Of a DNA stretch of 64,000 bases, positions 15,171 through 27,434 are shown one piece after another. Source of the DNA: Eledone cirrhosa (taxonomy: Eukaryota). The DNA lies in the NCBI GenBank assembly GCA_964016885.1, contig OZ024740.1, positions 236,406,001 to 236,470,000 on the forward strand. The letters are read 5' to 3'. Numbering within the stretch: the first letter of the stretch is position 1; each line of letters starts with the position of its first letter. The notes below the pieces were generated by a model. That model had not been told where the DNA came from and did not search any database. It saw nothing but the letters and a program-made list of their open reading frames with translations. The position numbers were made by a program, and so were the translations under genes.

Positions 15171-15481
15171 CCTTACATATATATATATATATATATATAT
15201 ATGTTTATATATTATTAGTACAGATTAAATGTTTAAGCAATAAATTAATAAATTACCGCTTTCACTCTAAGCAGAACGGAATGTTCTGAAGATCCCACTC
15301 TAGGTGAAAGCAGTAATTTATTGTCTTTGAATTCATTTTTGCCAATGTGTTCTTTGAAATAGCTAGTGCTTGCTACCTCTACTTCACTGTCATTTGACAC
15401 TGAAAGTAGAAATTGCTATTGTAATGGCAAGTTCAAACCAAGACAGTGAGTGCATACTGACCTGTTCCAAAGAGGCTAATT

Positions 15482-15586
15482 CCTCGTTGATGAAGCTGCT
15501 CTTAGTCAATTACGTAATGTTTAAAAGCATTACCTAATTTCTTTGCCAGCAGATGGAGTAGCAGAAACTAATGCATTAGTTCGAGG
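15482..15586 (+). ncRNA. Hammerhead ribozyme motif with long helix II and 14-nt palindromic helix III
   Basis: cctcg TTGATGA a-gctgctct...ggagtagc-a GAAA ctaatgcattag TT cgagg. Core position 3 is U (U3-G8 wobble). Confidence 0.68.
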
Positions 15587-15785
15587 CTAGAGAATCAAAC
15601 TCTCTACCCACACAAAATTGTTTTTCTCACTATTTAACGTATAAGTGTGAACTCTTTTCATTTTGGTTAGTATCTTAATGATACTGACTTAATTAAAGCA
15701 TTGAGTGAGTGGGAAAACAACCGAAGGCATTTTGGTTATATCTAATGACTTCCTTTCAGTATTATATATATATATACACACACAC

Positions 15786-15816
<31 letters not shown>

Positions 15817-15885
15817 TATTCGCATCATCAGCTTGGTCTAAATGAAGTTGCACGGAAAAGGAAAAGCAACTATATATGCATATAT

Positions 15886-15920
<35 letters not shown>

Positions 15921-16081
15921 GATAGATAATTTAATATATCTACTAACATAAGCGCACAGATGTACGCTAATGCCAGCAAATACACAGGTTATGTCATAGT
16001 ACCTAGGTGGTTCAATGCAGGAGGATGCAGAACAATAATATAAAAGACGTAAAATAAGAAAATATTTTTTTAAAAAATGTT

Positions 16082-16122
<41 letters not shown>

Positions 16123-16274
16123 ATATATAGTTGTTTTTCCTTTTCCGTGCAACTTCATTTAGACCAAGCTGATGATCCGAATATATGTGTGTGTGTGTAT
16201 ACATATATATATATGTGTGTGTGTGTGTGTGCGTATATATAGTTGTTTTTACTTTTCCGTGCAACTTCATTTAG

Positions 16275-16317
16275 ACCAAGCTGATGATCCGAATAAGGTG
16301 AAACAATTGTTCTCGGT
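16275..16317 (+). ncRNA. Minimal hammerhead ribozyme, family A variant with canonical CUGAUGA core
   Basis: accaag CTGATGA tcc-gaataa-ggt GAAA caattg TT ctcggt. Partial tandem copy at ~16120-16182 and inverted copy at ~15817-15880. Confidence 0.72.
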
Positions 16318-16413
16318 AATGGTGAACTAACTGTTGTGGAAGTACTTCTACCAAACTCATCCCATGGACTGAGTGCTCTACTACTACGGATATACCCACC
16401 AGTGTTCTACTAT

Positions 16414-16446
<33 letters not shown>

Positions 16447-16543
16447 CACCATATATACATATATATATATCACCATCATCATCATCATCATCATCATCAT
16501 CATTTAACGTCCATCTTCCATGCTAGCATGGATATATATATAT

Positions 16544-16893
16544 GGAGGCTCATGGCTTAGTGGTTAGAGCATTGGCCTTGCAATCGAAAGGTTGTGAGTT
16601 CAATTCTCAGACCGGTTGATGTGTTGTTTCCTTGAGCAAGACACTTTATTTCACATTGCTCCAGTTTACTCAGCTGTAGAAATGAGATGATAGGGACTGG
16701 GGTCCCTATCATTCCACTGCAAAGTGGTCATGGAGGTGCCACGGCAAAAAAAGCACCCAGCACTCACTGTAAATGAGGTTGGTGTTAGGAAGGGCATCCA
16801 GCTGTAGAAATCAAGCTAGAATCAGTTCCCGTCCCACCCTTGCAAGCAGGGAAAAGTGGACATAAAATGAAATGATGATGATGATGATGATGA
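16544..16893 (+). mobile_element. tRNA-CORE-RTE-tail SINE
   Basis: Full-length copy highly similar to 11054-11401, with (ATG)n tail. Confidence 0.87.
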
Positions 16894-17558
16894 TAATATA
16901 TATATATATATTTACATACTGACTGTATGTATGTGTGTATGTTTGTATGTATGTATATCACATATATTTTTATTTGTTTGACCCGAATTACTTGCTCGCT
17001 TCTATGGCTTTGCAGTTAATGGTTTAACCATCATCTCAGTGTGTTTGGCCTTTAACGTATGTTGTAGCTCTGGTTCATCTGAATCATTGAGCGCTTGCCA
17101 CACATCTCGGAAGTTGTTTTTCATTAATTCCTAAGCCGAAATACGATTCTCGCTAATTTATATTTATATATGTATATATGTATGCATATATAAAAATAAA
17201 AATAAATAGGTAGATTGAGAGGTAAATAGACAAACAGACATACTGAATGTATGTACGTGTGTATGCTTGAAATGATAGAGTAAATGACAAGTAAATGTGT
17301 GAAATACTGTATTTAAAAAATAAACATCAAACACCCAATCAATTAATTATGCTGTATCAGTTTAGATGATCTCTAAACAATCTCAGCTCTATCTCTCATT
17401 GGTTGAACATCTCTATTGGTGTTGTTGTTACTGCTACTACTGCTACTACTACTACTGATGCTGCTTTAAACATCGTCTTCATCTTCATCATCGCCATCAT
17501 CAAGATTTTCATCATGATGATCACAATCATCATTGCTGTCATTATCATTATCATCAAC

Positions 17559-17722
17559 ATCGGTAGAGGGTCGGACGCCATGCATAGAGTTACGGCCCTT
17601 GCCATTCTGAGTTCAAATCCCGCCGCGGCTAACTTTGCCTTTCATCCTTACAGGGTCGATAAAATAAAGTACCAGTAATTCACTGGGTAATTGCTGGCCT
17701 CGTGCCAAAAGTAGAAACAATT
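17559..17722 (+). mobile_element. Nin-type SINE
   Basis: B box, gcctttcatccttacagggtcgataaaataaagtacc and gtagaaacaatt end. Confidence 0.85.
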
Positions 17723-17768
<46 letters not shown>

Positions 17769-17984
17769 CCACCTCCATGTTTGCATGGGTTAGATGGGTT
17801 GTCACATTCTGAGGTTAGGTGACCATGTCATGCTCATACATTCTGTTTTTGGCTTGGTTTCTATGTCAAGCACATTAATGGGTTGACAGGGATCATTTTA
17901 CATGGGGAACCAGGTTCTTATTGTTGTGGCACAAGCACAGCCACCTTACAGGGTTGACTAGGTGCCTGTTTGTCATGGCACCAG

Positions 17985-19320
17985 CACTACCACTTTACAT
18001 GGTGGACTGGGTACTTTTTACCATGGCACCAAAACTACCATCTTGCAAGGTGAACTGGGTACTTTTTACCATGGCACCAAAACTACCATCTTGCAAGGTG
18101 GACTGGGTACTTTTTACCATGGCACCAAAACTACCATCTTGCAAGGTGAACTGGGTACTTTTTATCATGGCACCAAGACTACCATCTTGCAAGGTGAACT
18201 GGGTGCTTTTTATCATGTCATCAGAACTATCATCTTGTAAGGGTGGACTCGGTGATTTTTATTATGGGTCAAAACTATTATCTTCCAGGGTGGATTGGAA
18301 GCTTTTTATCATGGCACTATCACTTCCACTTTACATAGTGGACTGGGTACTTTTTATCATGACACTATCACTTCCACTTTACATAGTGGACTGGGTACTT
18401 TTTATCATGGCACTATCACTTCCACTTTACATAGTGGACTGGGTACTTTTTATCATGACACTATCACTTCCACTTTACATAGTGGACTGGGTACTTTTTA
18501 TCATGACACTATCACTTCCACTTTACATAGTGGACTGGGTACTTTTTATCATGACACTATCACTTCCACTTTACATAGTGGACTGGGTACTTTTTATCAT
18601 GGCACTATCACTTCCACTTTACATAGTGGACTGGGTACTTTTTATCATGGCACTATCACTTCCACTTTACATAGTGGACTGGGTACTTTTTATCATGACA
18701 CTATCACTTCCACTTTACATAGTGGCTGGGTACTTTTTATCATGACACTATCACTTCCACTTTACATAGTGGACTGGGTACTTTTTATCATGACACTATC
18801 ACTTCCACTTTACATAGTGGACTGGGTACTTTTTATCATGACACTATCACTTCCACTTTACATAGTGGACTGGGTACTTTTTATCATGACACTATCACTT
18901 CCACTTTACATAGTGGACTGGGTACTTTTTATCATGACACTATCACTTCCACTTTACATAGTGGACTGGGTACTTTTTATCATGACACTATCACTTCCAC
19001 TTTACATAGTGGACTGGGTACTTTTTATCATGACACTATCACTTCCACTTTACATAGTGGACTGGGTACTTTTTATCATGACACTATCACTTCCACTTTA
19101 CATAGTGGACTGGGTACTTTTTATCATGGCACTATCACTTCCACTTTACATAGTGGACTGGGTACTTTTTATCATGACACTATCACTTCCACTTTACATA
19201 GTGAACTGGGTACTTTTTATCATGACACTATCACTTCCACTTTACATAATGGACTGGGTACTTTTTATCATGCACTATCACTTCCACTTTACATAGTGGA
19301 CTGGGTACTTTTTATCATGA
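17985..19320 (-). repeat. 48-bp minisatellite (~28 units) derived from the internal repeat of the RTE 3'UTR
   Basis: Unit gtggactgggtactttttatcatgacactatcacttccactttacata. Adjacent to a minus-strand RTE tail at ~17725-17870. A homologous 48-bp unit occurs at 26850-27070. Confidence 0.9.
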
Positions 19321-19873
19321 ACTAGAACTATCATATAAGATGGTCATAGTTGGAACTTCATTGATTAAATGTTTGAACAATCGGAGCCGATATATGGCTA
19401 AACAACAACAACATCTTCATCATCATAATAACTATCTTGGTTATAACCTTCCCATCACTGTCATCATGACCATCATCATTGCCATTATCAACATCCTCTT
19501 TACATCATCATCATTATCATCTTCTCTATTACAACCTTCATCATCGTTATCATCATTGTAATCGTCATTATTGATGTTGTGATTATCATCAGCAACAAGA
19601 CATCATCATCATCTACATCTCCACTATTTTCTTCCCCACCTTCATCATTTCTCATCATCATCATCATGAATCTTGAAAGAATGGAGACAACATAGAAAGG
19701 ATTCATTAGTGTTGCATTTAGTCTCTGGTGCTGGAGCATTGATAAAATACACCCAGTACACTCTGTAAAGTGATTGGTGTTAGTAAGAGCATCCATAGAA
19801 ACAATAATGAAACATAAGAGACAGACATAATCTCCTAACCCAAATAATAAGAATAATACAAGACCTTGACATA

Positions 19874-19940
<67 letters not shown>

Positions 19941-20844
19941 GCGCGCGTGCACATAAACACACATACACACACAAACACACACAAACATGGAATCACATAG
20001 ACACGCAAACACACTCAAACATGGAATCACATACACACACATACACACACAGAAACACACACCATGCACACACACACACACATACATGGAAGGGCACACA
20101 CATATGCAGATTAATGCTTGGTTTCTCCTACCAAACATTCATATCTTATTTGCACATTAAGTATTTGAATGAGCAGTCATCATTGGATTCACATTTAAAG
20201 GAGATGGTCATCAATGTATTCAATGGACAACCACAAATAAGCAAGTATTTATGTAGTAAAGATTATGTAAATGCTTATAGATCAGGAGATGTGATGTACA
20301 TTCTAAACTGCTAACATGTCTATCTATTTAGAATCTTGATATATCCAAGTTGATATCATATAAACTTCTTCAAAACTTTGGCAAGATACCAAAGAGTTGT
20401 TTGAAAAATTGATTTTGATGTAATATTCTATGTCTGAAAATAAATATTATATGACAAATAATACAGGAGGCTAACCATTCTGTCAATTTTCTGTGTCGAT
20501 TGATTACAAATCAATAATTGATCCAGAAAGGTGAGAGACAAAATGTTAGAGGTAAGCTGCAATGAGTATTAATTTGTGATTTAATTTCCTTTCCTGATTG
20601 AAAGTATGTCACTTCATCTTTGATTTTGTATAAAAAAAATATCAGGCTTTATGAATTCATGAGTTCAGGCTTCTTATTACACTGGTAGTAGGTGTTTTTC
20701 TTGTGTCTCTCAGACAGGATCCTTGTCTGTTGTTTTTTATTTCAAAAAGCTGCTGCCAATAGGTTCCAGCATTTTTATATAGATGTTACATCCTAGTCAG
20801 AGGGAGTTTGTACCTTATTTACTTTCAGCTATACAAATATTTGC

Positions 20845-21377
20845 ACATACATTTGTATATACATGTGTACATACATGTATACATACATGTGTATATACAT
20901 GTGTACATACATGTATACATACATGTATGCATACATACATGTATACATACATGTGTACATACATGTATACATACATGTGTACATACATGTGTACGTACAT
21001 GTGTACATACATGTGTACGTACATGTGTACATACATGTATACATACATGTGTATATACATGTGTACATACATGTATACATACATGTATGCATACATACAT
21101 GTATACATACATGTGTACATACATGTATACATACATGTGTACATACATGTGTATGTACATGTGTACATACATGTATACATACATGTGTACACACATGTAT
21201 ACATACATGTGTACATACATGTATACGTACATGTGTACATACATGTGTACATAAATGTGTACATACACGTGTACATACATGTGTACATACATGTGTATAT
21301 ACATGTGTACATACATGTATGTAAACATGTATGTACACATGTATACATACTTGTGTACATACATGTGTACATACATG
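20845..21377. repeat. 12-bp alternating purine/pyrimidine, self-complementary tandem repeat (acatacatgtgt/acatacatgtat)
   Basis: About 530 bp of near-uninterrupted RY alternation; explains the HVYI/MCTY pseudo-ORFs. Confidence 0.93.
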
Positions 21378-21538
21378 GGGGTGGGTTGGGGGAGTTGGGG
21401 TAGTTGATGGGGTGTATATTTGATTAAGAGGTGCCTACTGACTGTAGGTTTCGTTTTGAACATAGGCAAGGCGGGTTTTCTGTATTACTGCGTAGATATA
21501 TATATATATAGTGATATCTTATATACCCTATTCTTATA

Positions 21539-21725
21539 CAAGGGTTTCCCAAACTTTTTCAAATGCGGAACCTTTTTTGGTTCAGAGACTTTTGGGGAAA
21601 ACCCCAATGTCTAATACAGTTATATGGACATAATATAAATATACTCCTCTACCTCTTTTTACAAAACACCTTAGACTCACTTACAGAACGCTTGGGTTCC
21701 ATGGAAACCACTTTAGGAACCATTG
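21539..21725. mobile_element. hAT (Charlie-like) MITE
   Basis: Termini caagggtttcccaaac ... ctttaggaaccattg, subterminal gcggaacc/gggttcc, similar 8-bp flanks tcttatac/acttatac. Confidence 0.6.
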
Positions 21726-21789
21726 ACTTATACCATGATTATATGGAACATGGAGATATGCCATGTTCCTTATTAATATTATATATTTT

Positions 21790-21944
21790 TTATTTTATCG
21801 ACCCCCCCGTAAGGATGACAGGCAAAGTTAACCTCAAATCCTGCCGAGGTTAACTTTGCCTTTCATCCTTACGGGGTCGATAAAATAAAGTACCAGTAAT
21901 ACACTGCGATAATTGCTGGCCTTATGCCAAAAGTAGAAACAATT
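21790..21944. mobile_element. Fold-back Nin-type SINE (inverted Nin domain joined to a sense partial copy)
   Basis: tttattttatcgacccccccgtaaggatgacaggcaaagttaacctc-aaatcctgcc-gaggttaactttgcctttcatccttacggggtcgataaaataaa. Confidence 0.85.
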
Positions 21945-22060
21945 ATATATTTCTATATATCACTATATATAAAGTGACATCTTATATTACCCATTCTTAA
22001 TGTGTATATGTGTTTCAAATATAATGGTATATTCCTTTATATATTGCTATATATAACATG

Positions 22061-22361
22061 TGTAGTGACCTACATTCCATGGGCTCACATACATTCTCTG
22101 TGCGTGATTTGGCTCAGCTCAGCCAATCAGCGCCAGTAGAAGAGGATGTATCCTTACGCGTCCTGAGGGAGAAATTACCCGCGAAGATTTGAAGAATCTC
22201 TCTCTCGCACTAGGAACTTCGAACCAACAACACGTACATGTGACGGTGAGATTTTGCACCCTAGCCTGCCGGCTTTCCGGCGCAATGGCACATTCCCTTT
22301 TGTAACCTCATTTTATGTGTAACTTCGACCATACAAGTTAACAAACATTATTTGTGCTACA
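22061..22361. mobile_element. Possible solo LTR
   Basis: tgtag...ctaca termini; CpG-rich island containing a CCAAT box in an AT-rich intron. TSD only partial (acatg/acaaa). Confidence 0.4.
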
Positions 22362-22514
22362 ACAAAAATAAACATACATTTCATCTCTAATGTCTGCTGT
22401 TGACGTCATTATTATGTTACTCGTGTCTCAATAACATTTATACACCATGCTGCTAAACATGTATGTAGTGTATCTCCCATTTTTATATCTCCCTCTTCCA
22501 TTTCTGATTCATAG

Positions 22515-22729
22515 ATACATGCTGGGTCTGGCAGGAATTCCTTCTGCTATTCAATTCATTGGGTTCATATTCATGCCAGAATCTCCACGTTGGCTGATTA
22601 CACGGAACAGAGAGGATGAAGCAAGACAGGTATTACAAAAGATGAGAGGATACCGAGATATTGAAGAAGAGCTGGAGAGTATTAAAGTCAGTTGCCAGGA
22701 AGCAGAGCTTCAAGAAAAAACAATTGCAG
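22515..22729 (+). CDS. SLC2A13: SLC2A13/HMIT-like exon B (215 nt)
   Basis: ttcatag|...|gttagt. YMLGLAGIPSAIQFIGFIFMPESPRWL...EARQVLQKMRG...IEEELESIK contains the PESPRWL motif. Phase matches exon A. Confidence 0.93.
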
Positions 22730-22888
22730 GTTAGTGTCATCATCATCATCATCATCATCATCATCGTTTAATGTCTATCTTCCAAGCTAGCATGGGTTAG
22801 ACGGGATTGTCCCACTTGAGGCAAGTTTGGTCGGATGACCATGCCTCGCTCGTATAGAACTGTTTATATATATATATATATATATATA

Positions 22889-23747
22889 CAGGGTGCGGAC
22901 GATAATTGTTCACCAGATTACTGTCTAGGAAAAAATAACACAGTAGTTTTATTTTTTAAGATTTATTTATCAAACTTGAGTCAGTTTGTCTTCATGACTT
23001 GTTCTTTCGATCTCACTCGATAAACCTGCCATTGGCTTTGATGATGACCTCAAGGCGGCCTCGGAACCGGCTACAGACCTTTGTCACTGTCCCCCGACTT
23101 AGGCCCCTAAAGAAACTTGTGATTCTGGCCTTCAGATCGTCTTTCGTATTGCAGCTAGATCTGTTGGTGTCTCGCTCCACTGCGCCCCACACAAAGCTGG
23201 GAGGCCAGATTTCAGGTGAAGTGTGGTCGACGAAGTTATCTGACAGCCAGGCTTGGGTCTTTCGGCTGATATGGCAGGGCGCTGAGTCTTGCTGCCACAT
23301 GTACGGCCTACCTGCAGCTATCTGGTCGATCCAGGGCTTTACTACCTCGCTCAGAACGCGGATGTAGCCATCAGTGTTCAGCTTGAGGCCCTCAGAGAAG
23401 AAGTGAGGTGGCATGACGTCACCTTCACTGCTGACGACACCTAAGACCAATGTTGTCGCTGGAAACTTTGTCTGCATGACTCTGGGCATGTCTTTGGATG
23501 AGACTGCGAGCCACCTGTTGTTCTGGGAGTTGATCTTCTGATCTTATTTGTCCTCCCGGCGTGGATTCCAAGAACTCCGTGTCTCTTCCACAAATTTGGA
23601 AGTTCAAAATTATTCATAATCAATTAATCTGAAAATAAATAATGGAAATATAGTGACTGTTTTTATGAAGACAGGAGTGACAACGGAAGTAAAATAAAAT
23701 TGCATAAAATTAGCAGTTGAAAATTGCGAACAAATATCGTCTGCACC

Positions 23748-23750
<3 letters not shown>
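22889..23750 (-). mobile_element. Internally deleted Tc1/mariner DNA transposon (maT/DD37D-like)
   Basis: 23-bp TIRs CAGGGTGCGGACGATAATTGTTC / CAGGGTGCAGACGATATTTGTTC with TA flanks. ORF 23013-23489 has WQQDSAPCH and IWPPS-FVWG; the SPDLNPLD segment is missing. Confidence 0.88.
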
Positions 23751-23806
<56 letters not shown>

Positions 23807-24009
23807 TGGAAGTTTAGTAAAGTCGAAGTTTTGGCTGTGGCCAAGCTAACGGTATACAATTAGGAATGTGCAACAAAGCACTCGATAAGGTTGTGTGACC
23901 TTAGAGTAATAAACATATGTTTAGACACTTGACAAATTGAAAATTGCAGCAGGTAAGCCTAGCCACATACTACCAAATCAATGAAAAAATCAATCAGGTT
24001 AGACAACTG

Positions 24010-24145
24010 ACCTGGACCAAATCGAACGATATTATGCAATGCGTCGGATAGGTTTCTATGAATTCAAAATCAACAATCCTACTTGCGCAATATGCAAATT
24101 TGTGGTATTAGATGATCGAACTGTGGACTTACGTTATCAACAGGT
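24010..24145 (-). ncRNA. Candidate hammerhead with UUGAUAA core and extended helices II and III
   Basis: Reverse complement: acctg TTGATAA cgtaag...ttcata GAAA cc...gg TC caggt. Helix II is imperfect. Confidence 0.5.
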
Positions 24146-24424
24146 TTCCGTTCTGTGCCCCAAGCCGGTGTGACGTGTAGCAGTGAACTGTTACTGGTGG
24201 CAGCAGTCAATGTTTCACTGTCTTTTCACGTGCTTTTCCAACAAGGGAAGTAACATGCATGTTCCAGAACATTCTAAAGTCTTAACTGGATATAAATATA
24301 GGACATTTTGTAATCTTTGATCGTTTGTACACCTTCAAAAGGTCAGTGTGTTATGTATATATGAGGCATACTGAGGTGTTGGTATACAACCAACATAAAC
24401 TCAAAATCTCTCTATATATATATA

Positions 24425-24896
24425 TACAAATGAATATATGATATGGATAAACAAGTATATAAGTGTTTGTATTGCAAATGACCAAGTTAGCTAGATTGAA
24501 AAATACTAATTAAATTAATACAGTTTGCCTGTCTCGATTTAAAATAATAAATCAATAAAAACAAACCTTTATTGGCAATAGCCGTGATACCCGGACAAAT
24601 TTAAATTTAAAACTTAAATTTGTTTCGCAACAATAAGTGAAAATTCCCATTCCTGTGCTCATCTTCAGGTATCCAGAAATTGGTATGTTTCACTTCAAAA
24701 TACTTAGGAAGACTGAGAGAAATGTGTTGTTGAACGCACATGTGACCCAGCGTCTAGCCCGTCCTATACTCGTGCCGCTAGAAATAGCAGCCGGTTTTAT
24801 TATAGTATTTTTCAATCTAGCTAACTTGGTCATTTGCAATACAAACACTTATATACTTGTATTGGTGTTTATCCATATCATATATTTATTTGTATT
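24425..24896. repeat. Local inverted repeat (~85-bp arms, ~290-bp spacer)
   Basis: 24425-24508 is reverse-complementary to ~24802-24896. Confidence 0.85.
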
Positions 24897-25108
24897 ACAC
24901 GGCTCAGAAATATCTCTTTCTTTGAGCTATTTAATTGTAAAAGACTGTTTGTTTATAACTCTATATATATATATATATATATACATTTACTCATCTTTTT
25001 TATCGTTTGTACACCTTCAAAAGATCAGTGTTTAAATATTTATTCCCTTACTCATCTTTTTTTTGTGTGTTCACATTTCAATTGTTGGGAAAAACAACAA
25101 GTAATAAT

Positions 25109-25298
25109 AATTGTTTCTACTTTAGGCACAAGGCCAGCAATTAACCAATACATGACTGGTACTTTATTTTATCAACCTCGTAAGGATGAAAGACAAAGTT
25201 AACATCGGCGGGATTTGATCTCAGATCATAAAGGGCCGTAACTCTATGCTTCAAAGCATGGCATCCAACACTCTACCAATACTGCCAATCCACCGCCC
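25109..25298 (-). mobile_element. Nin-type SINE (full length)
   Basis: Reverse complement begins gggcggtggattggcagtattggtagag and ends gtagaaacaatt. Confidence 0.87.
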
Positions 25299-25303
25299 TT
25301 ACA

Positions 25304-25335
<32 letters not shown>

Positions 25336-25427
25336 TAATAATAATAATGATGATAATAATGATTTCTTTATTGGCCACAAGGGCTGACCAATAAAGAAAT
25401 CATTATTATCATTATTAAATGGCAGTA

Positions 25428-25617
25428 GGGCAGTGGATTGGCAGTATCGGTAGAGAGTCGGACACCATGCTTTGAAGTATAGAGTTACGTCCCTTTATGA
25501 TCTGAGTTCAAATCCCGCCGAGGTTAACTTTGCCTTTCATCCTTACGTGGTCGATAAAATAAAGTACCAGTAATGTACTGGGTATTTGCTGGCCTTGTGC
25601 CTAAAATAGAAACAATT
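25428..25617 (+). mobile_element. Nin-type SINE (full length), head-to-head with 25109-25298
   Basis: A box tggcagtatcgg, B box gagttcaaatcc, Nin-like domain. Confidence 0.87.
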
Positions 25618-25717
25618 ATTATCATTATTAAATAATAATGATAATAATTGTTTCTAATTTATCTGATGTTTTACTTACTAGGTGACAACACAAGTCAATA
25701 GATAAATGAATAAATAA

Positions 25718-25767
<50 letters not shown>

Positions 25768-25900
25768 GTGAGGTTTTTTTTACAAAATGAAAAATAACCG
25801 AGGTGTCCTACACGAGTGGAAGTATAAAGAAAAAGGGATGAAATCGAAATTGCAACTGAAGTCTTATTTTTTTTAAAAATATATATATATTTATTTGGTT

Positions 25901-25938
25901 CCTTTACCGGTTTCGCAGTTCTTCTGCTTTTCAAAAGG
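25901..25938 (-). ncRNA. Minimal hammerhead, U3-A8 core (antisense arm)
   Basis: Exact reverse complement of 26101-26138. Confidence 0.72.
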
Positions 25939-26100
25939 TGAGTTGAGATGGAGGGTCTGTGGTTTTTCTCACATCTGGTTGGTCTCTAAATGTTACTTGT
26001 TTTATATGGAAAAAGTGGCTCGACTTTTTCCATATAAAACAAGTAACATTTAGAGACCAACCAGATGTGAGAAAAACCACAGACCCTCCATCTCAACTCA

Positions 26101-26138
26101 CCTTTTGAAAAGCAGAAGAACTGCGAAACCGGTAAAGG
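26101..26138 (+). ncRNA. Minimal hammerhead, U3-A8 core
   Basis: CCTT TTGAAAA GCAG-aagaa-CTGC GAAA CCGG TA AAGG. Palindromic helix III ACCGGT, GUA site. Confidence 0.75.
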
Positions 26139-26237
26139 AACCAAATAAATATATATATATTTTTTTTTAAAATAAGACTTCAGTTGCATTTTCGATTTCA
26201 TCCCTTTTTCTTTATATATATATATATATATATATAT

Positions 26238-27245
26238 AGCTGCTTCCTCTGCTTACGAAGAAGGGTTTCTCCCTGCGTACGAAAGGCTGGTTATATGATG
26301 CCAGTGTGAGGAGCGCAATGCTGCATGGTAGTGAGACATGGGCAGCAACTGCAGAGGATATGCGACAGCTGGAGAGAAACGAGGTAGCTGGAGAGAAATG
26401 GATGTGCAATGTCAATGTGCGTGAACGGCCCAGCATAAATGTGTTGAAAGAGAAACTGTGTCTGAGAGGAATAGAATGTAGTGTGCGAGAGAGGAGACTG
26501 AGGAGGTATGGACATGTGATGCGCATGGAAGATGACCGATGGGTGAAGAAGTGCCAGGGAATGCCAGTTGAAAGAAGATGTGGTAGAGGTAGACCACAAA
26601 AAACATGGGTGGAGGTGGTGAGAACAGACCTCAGATCGCTGAAGCTTACGGTGGAGATGACAAAGGACCGTAACAAGTGGAAAGATGCTGTGCTGAATAA
26701 GACCCGTCCCACCCTTGCAAGCAGGGAAAAGTGGACATAAAATGATGATGATGATGATGATAGCCCACACAGTAGAGTGGCCATGAAGGTGTCATGACAA
26801 AAATCTCCCAGTGCACACTGTAAAATGGTCATGTTGGTTTCACGACTAAAAGCACACCCAGCCCACTCTGTAAAGTGGTCGAGTAGGTGTCATAGCTAAA
26901 AGCACCCAGCCCACTCTGTAAAGTGGTCGTGTAGGTGTCACGACAAAAAGCACCCAGCCCACACTGTAAAGTGGTCGTGTAGGTGTCACGACAATAAGCA
27001 CCCAGCCCACTCTGTAAAGTAGTCTTGTAGGTGTTATGACATAAAGCACCCAGTCCACACATCCACACTGTAAATGTAGTTGGCATTAGGAAGGGCATCC
27101 AGTCATAGAAATCTAGCCAGATACAGTCCTATATGAACAAGACACAGTCACTTGACCCAACTTGCCTCTAATGGGATAACCTGTCTAACCCATGCTAGCG
27201 TGGAAAATGGACGTTAAACAATGATGATTATAATGATGATGATAT
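26238..27245 (+). mobile_element. RTE LINE 3' fragment with (ATG)n tail, followed by a second RTE 3'UTR copy
   Basis: ORF 26306-26740 (AMLHGSETW, ERRLRRYGHV, GRGRPQKTW). Tails at ~26741 and ~27220. 48-bp internal repeats at 26850-27070. Confidence 0.88.
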
Positions 27246-27434
27246 ATATACATATATATATATAATAAATAATTTATTAATTAATTTAAACCCCACCAAG
27301 GTTAGCTTTGTCTTTCATCCTTATGGGGGAGGGGGTCGATAAAATAAAACACCAGTAATGCTTGATTTAATCGCCTTTCCGTTCCCCAAAATTGTTGGCC
27401 TTGTGCCTAAATCAGAAATCATTATTACTATGAT

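Larger units (their letters stand above)
25823..26216. repeat. Near-perfect palindrome (~194-bp arms, 6-nt loop ggctcg) carrying a hammerhead in each arm
   Basis: 25823-26016 is the reverse complement of 26023-26216 with only a few mismatches. Flanked by (TA)n. Confidence 0.93.

Noticed and set aside
17921-19296. 274-aa and 333-aa ORFs with 16-aa repeats; CRISPR-like periodicity
   Set aside because: Translation of a 48-bp minisatellite with no unique spacers, in a eukaryotic intron.
20783-21469. Six overlapping HVYI/MCTY ORFs
   Set aside because: Artefacts of a stop-free 12-bp repeat.
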